DNA of 64,000 nucleotides from Torpedo marmorata (taxonomy: Eukaryota), in contig OZ360223.1 of the NCBI GenBank assembly GCA_977017645.1, positions 200,384,001-200,448,000 of the forward strand. The letters are read 5' to 3'. Shown here piece by piece: positions 13,245 to 23,389 of this stretch. The notes under the pieces were generated by a model. That model had not been told where the DNA came from, ran no database searches, and was given only the letters and a program-made list of their open reading frames with translations. How positions within the stretch are numbered: position 1 is the stretch's first letter; every line of letters begins with the position of its first letter. A program made the translations under genes and the position numbers.

Positions 13245-13779
13245 ACAAAACACAAATGCTGGAGAAACTCAGCAGGTCAAACAGTGTATTTTATGTAGCA
13301 AAGGTAGAAATACATAACCGACATTTCAAGCTTGAGCCCTTCATCAAAGTATGAGAAAATGCCGGCATGCGTCCGAACAAAAGAGTATGGGGGGGAAGGG
13401 GGAGTGGCAAAGGCAGGAGATGATAGGTGGAGAAAGGAGGGAGGGGACAGCAGCAAAGAGGGGGAGGAGGGATGGCTGGGTGGGTGGAAAAATACTGGAA
13501 GGACAGGTAAGGGGGGAGGAGAAGGAAAAGGCAAGCAGGTTTAGTGGAAAGCAGAAAAGTCAATGTTAATGCCATTTGGCTGAAGAGTGCCCAGACGGAA
13601 AATGAGATGTTGTTCCTCCAATTTGCAGGTAGTCTGGGTGGGATAGTACATAAGGCCATGGACAGATATGTGAGTGTGGGAGTGTGACTCGGAATTGAAA
13701 TGGTTGGCTACTGAGAGGTCACTGTTGTTGCGGACCGAAAGGAGGTGCTCAGCGAAGCGTTCTCCCAATCTACGACCGG
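13245..13779 (-). mobile_element. Penelope-like element 3' fragment (GIY-YIG endonuclease C-terminus plus terminal repeat)
   Basis: Peptide LGERFAEHL...VANHFNS...LEEQHLIFRLGTLQPNGINIDF; 11-bp TSD ACTGTCCAGGT (13234-13244 / 13780-13790); hammerhead-like motif at about 13318-13352. Confidence 0.87.
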
Positions 13780-15152
13780 ACTGTCCAGGTGCTCCAGGGC
13801 TTTGTGTAGAGCTAGTGAGATGGCATCCGCCGTAGACCTATTGCTACGATAGGCAAACTGGAACGTATCCATGACACACTGATATCATATCCAAATCTTA
13901 TTGCCCCACATATTGAGTAACTAAAAATTTAAAAATGGCAAAATTTGTTGTTTCTTTCACATTTTGTGTTGACTTATTTTCTCCATGCAAATTCCACAAG
14001 AGTGAACTCAATTCTTTTTCTCAAATTTTTGGATAGTGATGCAAATTCATATTCTTCAAGGACGATTTCTATTACATGAGCAGCTGCAACATGGGGATCA
14101 CCTGTATCACGTTTTCTTCCATTTTAAAATGTTAGAAGCAAACATATATTGAAAGATGGTATTTGCTGGCAAAGTTCACAGCTATGGCCTAATTTGGCTC
14201 CTCGCTCCATGAAGCCGGTCAGCACTGTTGAAGATTCCTTTTTGTGACAATTTATTGTCCATGTGACAACAAACTAATTATCATTATCAAGCAGGAGGGG
14301 GAGAGGGATGGATCAACTCAAGGGGATAGGAGACAGGAGGAAGGGTTTAGCAGCACAGCATTAAGTAAGGAGGGTCAACACTCTCTGAAATGAAGTAATC
14401 GGACCTTGTGTCATGACTAGACCACAAGCTACGATCAGGCAACTGCCACAGTGATCAGTGCCAAAGCATTTTGTGTTGAGGTACTGTGATCTCTATCAAA
14501 GCCTATCAAAAACAAAAGGACAGTTTAATCATCAATGTAGAGGAAATGAGTCAAAAATAAAATCACATCCAAGAAAGGATGCTTCCATTCAGATGCAGTT
14601 CCAAATTTTCTGCAAATCGTACTCCTCATTTTTCAGTAGTAAACAAATCTATTGATCAATTCTTCTGGAAAAGTCCAAATGCACAGTCCGCATACTGATT
14701 ATATAAATATGCATGCAAAATACAAGCGGGAAATGACACCAGTATTTAGGTGAATTATTTCTAGTCCAATTTTCCAACTTCCACCAGACACACATGAAAA
14801 GCACAAAACATGTATTGCATACTATTTACACACAAAAACATAAATGCTTTTCTAATATCTGATTAGATTTGTATTATTGCTGCAGTTATTAAGCTAGAAG
14901 TGTTCAGCATCTGAGAAGAGAGAAACAGAATTGAAAGGCCTGGTGGGAATATCTCAAATTCAAGTTCAGATTTATTGTCAGAGTACATACATGACATCAG
15001 GTACAACCCTGAGATTCTTTTTCCTGCAGGCGAGGCAGAATTACCACTTATTGGTAGGGCAAAAAAAAACTGTACTCAATGTACTTATGTAAACAAATAA
15101 AAAATGTAAACAAAATACAGCAAAAAAAATCAATCAAAATCAAAAATAAGAG

Positions 15153-15873
15153 AAATAAATTTATTTACACCTCCATTAGTAACTAATAATTCTAGTTCAC
15201 TCTGTCTTGGTAGAATCAAACTTTAACCCAACTTCCCAACTAAAAATGCTCTAATTTGATAATAAGCAAAAAGTGTATTATTCAATACATTAAACTTATC
15301 TTTCATTCTTTGAAAAGTAATAAATTTACTAGCTTCAAAACAATCATTTATTTTCTTAATTCCCTTTTGGAACCAAATTTTAAATAATTGATTATCAACA
15401 GTAAATGGAATAAGTTTATTTTGATATCGAGGCATTTTTCGAGAAATTGAGCCTTTCCCTCCTATCTCACTATCCACTCTATTCCATATTTCTAACAAAT
15501 GTTTAAAAATAGGAGAATTCTTCCCTCTTATTAATAATAATTTAGAATTCCATTTATAAATAACTTCTTCTTTCAAATATTCTCCTATATTGTTTAATTC
15601 TATTCTAATCCAAGCAGAAGACTTATCTAAATCAAACATTTCATTAACAAATCTCGTAGATTAGTATGGGCTCCCCGTGCTTTCGGCGTGGTTGTCGGCT
15701 GGGCCGTACAGTGTAATGTGCGACTCAGCTGCACCTCATCGGCGAGCCGGTGTGAGTCAGGGGGGTGGGAGGGTGAGGGAGGGGGGGGGGTGAAAATGTA
15801 TCACATGTATTTCGATAATTTTATACTTTATGTACTTCGTGATTTAAAATTTTAAATAAAATATTTATTTAAA
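15153..15873. mobile_element. L1 insertion with inverted 5' segment, inside a Rex1 3' tail
   Basis: Minus-strand L1 ORF2 piece (15153-15655) joined to a plus-strand L1 3' end (G tract, AATAAA, A tail). Flanked by AAAATCAAAA(A/G)TAAGAG at 15136-15152 and 15874-15890. Confidence 0.78.
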
Positions 15874-16719
15874 AAAATCAAAAGTAAGAGTCCTTAAATA
15901 AGTCCCTGATTGAGTTTGTTGATGACTGCAATATTTTCTGTTTTGATTCCAGCACTGTGCGGTTCTTTTGTTGGGAGAGGGAGCAGAACGGACTCTTTTG
16001 GCCTTCATCATCTGTTCCTCAACATTTGCATGCTTATTTTTAATGGAACTTCGACAAATTATTGGAAACAGATTACTCTCAGAAAGGAAGCAACAAAAAA
16101 AATCACAACACTTGAGCTGTTCTAACTACTTCAACCTACTTCAATTGGTTCCATTTTATTACTTTCTCCTCTTAGTTTTGTATTATTTTTCTCTTATGTG
16201 TTGTTCTGTTTTGTGTATTTTATGCACATGGGGTGCTACAGCAGGTAAGACTTTCAATGCATCTGTACATTTTACTTGCATTTACGGTAATAAACTTCAT
16301 TCATTCAATCTGAATAAACAACGGAATGGGATATTATATCAGCGACAGCTTCAAGAGCTGACCAGTGAGAACGTAACCAGCAAACCCCGAAGAAAGCATC
16401 ATGGTCCATGGCTGGAGGTCGTTCAGTCACAAATGCGCAAGCTTCAGAAACTCGGCTCACTGGTACATTTTAAATTGTTAAAGCATTGGCTCTTTCAATT
16501 TCTAATGCAAATACTTTTAAGATTTTTTTTTTTAAAAACGATATTTCGTCAGGTCTGTGAATCATTTTCAACATTGTGGGAGAACAAGGCACTTCAAAGA
16601 ACGGCCAGATACAAAATTATTAGTGGAGCTGCAGTTTAGTACGGTGGCACCAGTTCACCGTCAAATGTGTTCAACAAACACATAACTTTGTTTAGTTCCG
16701 CTTCCTCCACCAGTCTTAC

Positions 16720-16758
16720 CTGCAGTCCTCTTCGCCTCAAAATACTCGAATCATCCAT
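16720..16758 (-). CDS. Coding part of an alternative first exon of a MAST-family microtubule-associated serine/threonine kinase (MAST2/3/4 paralog unresolved)
   Basis: ATGGATGATTCGAGTATTTTGAGGCGAAGAGGACTGCAG|GTAAGA = MDDSSILRRRGLQ with a phase-0 consensus donor. From recall, this matches the N-termini MDESSLLRRRGLQ (MAST3) and MDESSILRRRGLQ (short MAST4 isoform), which splice to KELSLPRRG. Confidence 0.88.
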
Positions 16759-16759
16759 G

Positions 16760-17430
16760 ATACAAATTAAAATTTAAATCTGCATTTCATGCCAATTGAC
16801 ACACACGTGTGAACTGAATGAAGAGTTTGTTCGCCAGTCTCTCACATCAGCAGCAAACCGAACAGGCAAGTAAATGATTCTGTTCCAAAGCAGCCAGAGC
16901 TACCGGCCCGTTTCTGATTTCCGGAAGGACGCGGGTTCTCTTGGAGTTCGTGCTACATAAAAGAGCGTCTTTTTTGGCTGCAGCTGCCCCGAAGCTGCTT
17001 CAACGTTGGTGCCGTATCGGTCTCCGCAGCATCTGAGTGGCTGAGGCACATGCGATCTGACGTTGCGGGAATTCATTCACCAGACTATCCTGGGTGGATT
17101 GCGGGCACAATCACAACTCGCTTCTGAGTCGCTTCAACGCGAAGGCAAGCATCTTTCACTTTTTTATCAGAGTTCTGCCTTTCGCATTCACATCTTACAT
17201 CGCCACAAAAGACTCATTTCCCGCTCTCTCCAGATTCGAAGTCACGCCATAGTGATTGTCCAAATGAGATTACCGGAAATTCACGAGCCAAGCTTACCGA
17301 ACTCATTTGAAAGCCTGGCTGCAGTTCAAAGGGATAACGTGCAGCGCAAATCCAAAGTGCACAAAATATTCAGCTCTCAGATCTTGTTCCGTTAAGGGAG
17401 GCAGTGCGTTTGATGCGGATCCAGTGATCA
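16760..17430 (-). promoter_or_regulatory. Putative 5' UTR and internal promoter of the MAST short isoform
   Basis: Non-repetitive, locally CpG-enriched block directly upstream of the exon; ETS-type CCGGAAG at 16921-16927; CRE-like TGACG near 17058. The TSS cannot be placed from sequence. Confidence 0.55.
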
Positions 17431-17948
17431 GTAGCACTTCCTCCCCATCTGCTGTTGAAAACAACTGAATGCAAGGAGTCAGCCAACCAACCACAAACAA
17501 GCGTTGGAAGATTTGCCTATTATACAGCTACACTGTTCACGCTGCTGAGAAAATTCCCTGCTCCTTTGGCTCAGATTCCATTCCACAGTTCTTGTGCCAC
17601 AAACATTGTTCAAACTGCAATTTACTTGTTAAATATCTTTGTTCTGGAATGTCCTTTCAGTATGTGACCAAACCAATTCCACATCCAAAAAAAATCCATG
17701 GAATTAAACATTACACTGAAAGGATTTCCCAAGAAAAACAGACAGAAAAGCAGAGTTAACTCCATTTGTGAAAACATTTCTGCATCACCACACAATATAG
17801 CCCACATTGTACATTATTTCAATTCTTCAAGTCAGCAGAGAGATTCTGGAAGTATATTTTTGTTCAAATCGCTAATGTTATAAAGGGAAAATGTCGACAG
17901 TGATATCCATGTTAACTCTACCAGCTACATGTTGTTAATATTATTTTA

Positions 17949-18302
17949 ACCTCTTTCACACTGCCAACCCACTAAATAGGCGTGTGAACGACCCGTGTTT
18001 AAATACCGCGTGGGCCGTTCACACTGGACCACGAAATCCTGGGTCCGAGCATTAAATACACCCTATTGCAGATCTAAGGGGGCCCAACCTCCAGCAGTGA
18101 TGTCCCGGGTGACGTTGGCCCGTTCACATTGGAGCCGAGTCAACACGGCTCAGCTTTGATACAACCTCCTGGGTTGTATCAGTCCCGGGTTGATTTGTAC
18201 CTCCCCTACTGGGTTCGGAGCGCTCACACTGGCATGTGAACTGCTAAATTCCAGTTAAATTGCCAGGTTCAACCCACGTTCAACTGGCAATGTGAAAGGG
18301 GC
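17949..18302. mobile_element. Non-autonomous PIF/Harbinger-like MITE
   Basis: Imperfect TIRs ACCTCTTTCACACTGCCA / TGGCAATGTGAAAGGGGC; TA on both flanks; internal repeats of TCACAYTGG. Confidence 0.7.
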
Positions 18303-19019
18303 TAGTATCGGGAACCAGCCTCAAAGTGTCCCAACCCTGAGAAAACACACTTCGGCACAGTTTTCAGAGGATATCATTGGTGGCGTTCTATTGAAAAGAT
18401 CCCTCATATTCCTTTCCAGTGGTGACTCACCGTTGGCTTTGTTATAATATGGACAACTACAAGCCTGGACAGCACACTGAAAGTTTATTCCACAATCTGA
18501 AACCCCAACTGACACAACCTGGAATTGTGTGGCTCCAGCACAACACACAAATCCCATATTTCCAGTAATCAGATATAGCTACTCCAAGACACAAGGATCC
18601 ACAACCTGGTGATAACATGATTGGACTTATCCCACATGCAGGCATAACTCTCTCCAAAAAAACATCGAATGCTAAAGTGTGAATCATCGTTTTTTTTTTA
18701 AAGACTAACTGGTTCTTTTCTTTTCCAAACTAGGGACAAGTTAAAGTAAAATATATTCTTCAAAAATGTTGCTTTCTTGTTAGATGTTAATGATATTTTT
18801 GTAAAAATTGATGACAAAACCAAACAGAATTGAATCTTAAAGCATGGAGGATCTATGTGGGTTTATACCATGATCTGTTGAACAGTGTCATGAGGTGTGC
18901 CTGCTTTGCAACAAAGTACCAGTAGTAATTCTGGAAACTCAATCTGCATCAACAGCTTAAAATCTCTACTTTCTTTGTTGCAAATAAACATTGCTTCTTT
19001 GAATACAAAATATGCGGTT

Positions 19020-19900
19020 TAAGGTCAGAAATAATAGGAAAAGGCTATATGGCCATTCAAACCTGCTCCATCATTCATCAAGATCACGCTGATCATCTAC
19101 CTCAGCACAATCTCAATATCCCTTAAACCAATTATTGCCCAGTTAGTTATGTCTCTGTTCTGAATGAACATGACCAGGTTTCCACAATTTTTGTGGTAGA
19201 GAATTCAAAGGTTTACCATTCTCTCAGTGAAGAAATTTCTCCTCATCACAATCCTAAATGTTATCCTCAAATGGTACCTCCAGTCCTGCACTCCTCAGGC
19301 AGGGAAAACATCCGCTCTGCAACTCATCTTGTCACACCCTTCAAAAAAATTTTTGAATTTATTTTACAAATTTCAAAAAAATCAACCCAGTCTCTGCCCA
19401 TATGGCAAATACACCATCACTGAAAGCAGTAAAGAGATTCCTAACTGCATTCCCTCTGTGGCCATTATATTTGTTCCTGTGCGAGGAGACCAAAACTGTA
19501 CACAATACTCCAGCTGCAGGTTCACCAAAACCCTACCCAATTGCAGTCAGACTTCCTCACTCCTTGTAATTCAAACCCTGTTGAAATGAAGGCTTTCATG
19601 CTCAGGCCTGAAACATCGGTTATATACTGTATCTTTACCTTCTACGGATGCTACGAGACCTGCATTTCTGTGTTTATACTATTTCATTTCATACTTCTAA
19701 CTGCTTGCAGAACCAGAAATGTCAGCCGTCAATGAACTGTATAAGCACAATTTGCTCCCTTTGAATATCAACATTAAACAATTTCTCACCATTTTACAAA
19801 TACTAGGCTTTTCTCATACATTCACCAAAATGAATAACCTCACATTTTTCCACTTTATTTTCCATCTGTCATGTCAATGCATTCATGAAGACATTACAAT
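19020..19900 (-). mobile_element. Highly degraded CR1 3' region with a small Penelope-type insert (about 19590-19685)
   Basis: GGAGACCAAAACTGTACACAATACTCCAG is the antisense of the CR1 LEYCVQFWSP motif; GCTCAGGCCTGAAACATCGG is a Penelope-type motif. Confidence 0.6.
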
Positions 19901-20709
19901 ATCTCATGAAAATTTTGAAAGCAAATTGATTGGCATCAAGTCAAATACACTTTGGAACATATTCCCATCACTATTAAAAAAAGACAATATTTTGAACAAC
20001 ATGAATGATTGTTTCAGAAGTTTTTTCTGTGTATGAAAATTACATTATTCCTCTTGTAACTCATGGAATTTTATGCAATCTTGTAGTCTATTTATAGAAG
20101 TAGTGATAGAAACAATAGCTATTGAAAATGAAATTTTGAGTTGGAAGGAAGGAAAAAAGGGAAATCACGCATGTACAAAAACTCTTGACAAAAATTAAAT
20201 GGATCAATACAATTTGAGGAGGGACAGCGCACAAATTGTTCTCCCTCAAAAAAAAACATCCTTGATGCATTGGTTCAATTTCTGCTGATCTTGTAAAATA
20301 TATAAAAATATCAGAGCATAGATCCAAGCAGGAGAAGGCCTAAACAGCTAATTCTTATCCATAAAGACGTATATATCCAACATCATTCATTACTTGGAGC
20401 ACATCCAACATATACATCTGTTTCTCTGCTGCACAGGTTTTTCAGGTGACTGGCAATATCTTTGTTAACCTGCTGAATGAGATCTGGCAACTTTCTTGTC
20501 AAAATCTAATCTGTTTGTACAGATTGGTGCACCGCTCAAACTGAATGGAAAAATTGTTTTGTGAGGTTTTAATATTCTCGATTTTCAGCTAGGTGTGCAG
20601 GTTCAGATTTGAACATTCTGCCCATCTCAAAATGCATAGTTTTTATTCCAAAAAGAAATGTAAACAAACTATGCAATGCAGAGAGAAAAAAATCTGCAAA
20701 ATTCTCTGC

Positions 20710-21190
20710 TGAAGACCATGTTAATGAACCAAGTTTCTGAAGTTCCATTGCACTCCCTTAAAGAGAAATATTTTCTTTCTTGGAGAGGAGAACAAAACTG
20801 AAGGCAATACTTCAAGTGTAATCTCACCGACCTCCAATCTCCTGCGCTCAAAAATTCTTCAATGAAGGCCCGTATGTCATTTGCCTTCTTTAGTGTTTGA
20901 TGCACCTGCTTGTTTGCTTTCAGTGACTTTGTACATCCACATTTTCCAAACATTTTCCAAGCTATCATCATGTAAGTAACAGCTGATCTGCCAATGTGAA
21001 TAACTTTACATTAATCCAATTACAGTGGATTTGCCACGTACCTTGTCAAAACCCTGAAGTTGCTTTCTACTTTCCCTAAAGCGCACTTAGCTTTGTGACA
21101 TCAACAAACTTAGAAATAGTACATTTGGTTCCTTCGCCAAATCATTGGTGTATATTGTGAAGAGCTGAGGCTTAAATACTAAGGGATAGT
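20710..21190 (-). mobile_element. Highly degraded CR1 fragment
   Basis: Peptide ...VHQTLKKAN...VRLHLKYCLQFCSP resembles CR1 ORF2. Confidence 0.55.
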
Positions 21191-21961
21191 TCAGAATACC
21201 CTCCAATTGCCTGGATGATGACAATAGCAACACCAACAAATCCTCAGCTTGACATCATCCACGCAAACCAGCCTGCTCGACTGCCACGCATCAACGCCCA
21301 GTTTATTCCTTTCATCACTGGCACAAAGTGGCCGCAGTACCATCCTCAAAATCCACTGTAGTAAGTGCTGATGGGCAGTTTGCCATGACATCATTTGTTT
21401 GGTTGACTTGTGGTCAAACTGTCTCACAGTGAAGGAGGCTATGGCTCAAATCCTTCTCTGGAGACACGAACACAATCTAGCCAAACGATTCTGTGCAATA
21501 CTGCCTGGAAGTTTTTAAATCAGCAGTGCATCTTTCAAATGGTTTTAAACGAAAATGCTCATGAAAAATTTGTTGTGATGATTTATTGTCATGCAATAAA
21601 AATAGTGTCATATTACATGAAAAGCCTCACTGACCAGAATTGGAATAAAATGCAACAAATGCAAAGGAAGAAAAAATTGGCAGTGAAAGTGATTCAAAGA
21701 TAAGAAAGAAATACTGCATTCAGTGATTTAATCCCAATGTTAAGAGCTCCACACATCTTGTGCTGATGAGCTGCATCACAGACATAATATTTACGACTAA
21801 TTCGGATTTAACAAACCATTCCATTCCAGTGAACAAAAAATCAAAGGCAAGTCTACAATATTGCAGCAAAATCACATAAGCCAAGATTTTCTAGCCCATG
21901 ACTTCAAACATGTTGTATGTCAAATATAGAATATGATGTGACACAATCAGCATCAACTTGT

Positions 21962-22187
21962 ACAAACATAAGTGTTGGAGAAACTCACAAGGTAATCAGC
22001 ATCCATCAAAAGTAAAAGGCAGTCGATGCTTCAGGCCTGAGCCATTCTTCAGGAGTGGAGAAGAATGGCTCAGGCCCAAAACGTCGATTGCCTTTTGCTT
22101 TCGATGGATGCTGCATGACCTGTTGAGTTTCTCCAGCACTTTTGTGTACTGCACGAGACACCAACATCTGCAAATTTTCTTGTTTAC
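21962..22187. mobile_element. Fold-back Penelope-derived element (head-to-head terminal repeats)
   Basis: Long imperfect palindrome centred near 22055: ...CAGGCCTGAGCCATTCTTC aggagtgga GAAGAATGGCTCAGGCC..., with outer arms TGGAGAAACTCA / TGAGTTTCTCCA. Confidence 0.75.
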
Positions 22188-22289
22188 CTCAACCTATATA
22201 AATACCACCACAAAGAACACACAGGGAAGCTGCAGAATCAACGAAAACTGTGGCTCCTTCTTGGATTTCTTCAACATAGGACATTTCTC

Positions 22290-22900
22290 AGGTGTAGAAC
22301 AAGATATAGACAGGATGCAGAGTTGGGCAGAAATGTGGCAGATGGAATTCAATCCGGATGAGTGTGAGGTGATGCATTTTGGAAGGTGGAGTACATGGTT
22401 AATGGTAGGATATTTAACAGTGTGAAAGAACAGAGGGGCCTGGAGGTCCAAATCCATAGATCTCTCAAGGTTGCAACGCAGGTTGATAGTATACACACCA
22501 TCCTCTCTGGGGCGGGGTTAGAAAGATGGCATGCAGAACTTCATTCATGTATACCATTTGAAAAAAATTACTTATAATTTACGTAATAAATATCATTTCT
22601 TTTTGAAAATATAGAGCCCATATATAAAAACTGTTGGTTTAAGGATTTGAAGATCTCTGGATATCAGATCTGACTGGCGTACCTATCTTCCACAATAAAT
22701 TCAGTTTATAGTTGTTCTTTTTTAGATTGACATTCTCCTTACTCTATCTTTTTCTTTCTTTCTCTTTCTTTTCGGGAGGGTTAGGGAGGGGAGGGAGGGA
22801 GGGAGGGGGGGTGAAAATGTATCACATGCATTTTGATAATTTTGCATTTTATATTATGTATTCCGTGATTTAAAATTTTTAAATAAAATATTTTTAAAAA
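22290..22900 (+). mobile_element. CR1 fragment (about 22290-22490) followed by an L1 3' end (about 22495-22900)
   Basis: QDIDRMQSWAEMWQMEFNPDECEVMHFG (CR1); then LERWHAELHSCIPFEK (L1 ORF2 end), G-rich tract, AATAAA and A tail. Confidence 0.75.
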
Positions 22901-23127
22901 GGTGGTCACCAACATCTTCTCAGAGGGTAATTTGGGATGAACAATACATACTGGACTTGTCAGCAAAACCAAGATCCCAAAATTTGCACTGAAAAAGAAA
23001 TAAAATCAAACAAACAAAACACAATCTACTGGAGGTACTCAGAGGTCAGGCTTGAACGCTTCATAGGACTATTCTTTTCTCCCACTGATGCTGCTTGACC
23101 TACTGAATTCCTCTTGCAGATTGCTTT

Positions 23128-23389
23128 TGTGGCGGCTCACCCACGCGGCAGGCGAACCGGCTGGTAGTCGCGGACAAGCCCGCAGTCAGCGGCACTCGCA
23201 AGGACGCTCGGTGCGGGGCAAAGCAGCGGCCCAGAAGTTGACGTCACTTCCACCCCACCGGGCGCTAAGGTCGCTGGGACAGGCGCGGGGTTTTTAAGTG
23301 CGTGATTTCAAATCAGTAAAGCAGTTACTCTGAAATTCTCCTCTCGACTCGGTGTGTTTTCTTCAGCTCGCAGTGGCATAGCAGTCACA
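23128..23389 (+). mobile_element. Solo LTR of a Gypsy-type retrotransposon
   Basis: TGT...ACA termini; exact 4-bp TSD CTTT (23124-23127 / 23390-23393); begins TGTGGCGGC like the LTR at 32809; inserted in a Penelope-type remnant. Confidence 0.85.

Larger units (their letters stand above)
9978..13875 (-). mobile_element. Rex1/Babar-clade LINE split by nested CR1 and Penelope insertions
   Basis: ISTGAPQGC...[10 protein letters not shown]...YKFADDT in 10695-11030; the host sequence resumes at 13085-13244 and 13780-13875; same family as 51060-53215 in the opposite orientation. Confidence 0.88.
1..16719 (-). other. Intron downstream of the MAST-family alternative first exon (runs off the window edge)
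   Basis: Starts with the donor GTAAGA at 16719-16714 (minus). I could not find the expected next exon (KELSLPRRG..., about 32 nt in mammalian MAST genes) between 1 and 16719, so the intron probably continues past position 1. Confidence 0.65.

Noticed and set aside
15968-16639. 223-aa plus-strand ORF
   Set aside because: Non-ATG start, low-complexity L/F/C composition, no motif, and antisense to the MAST intron.
17063-17395. 110-aa plus-strand ORF in the CpG-rich block
   Set aside because: TTG start and no recognisable domain; better explained by the locally higher GC of a promoter or UTR.
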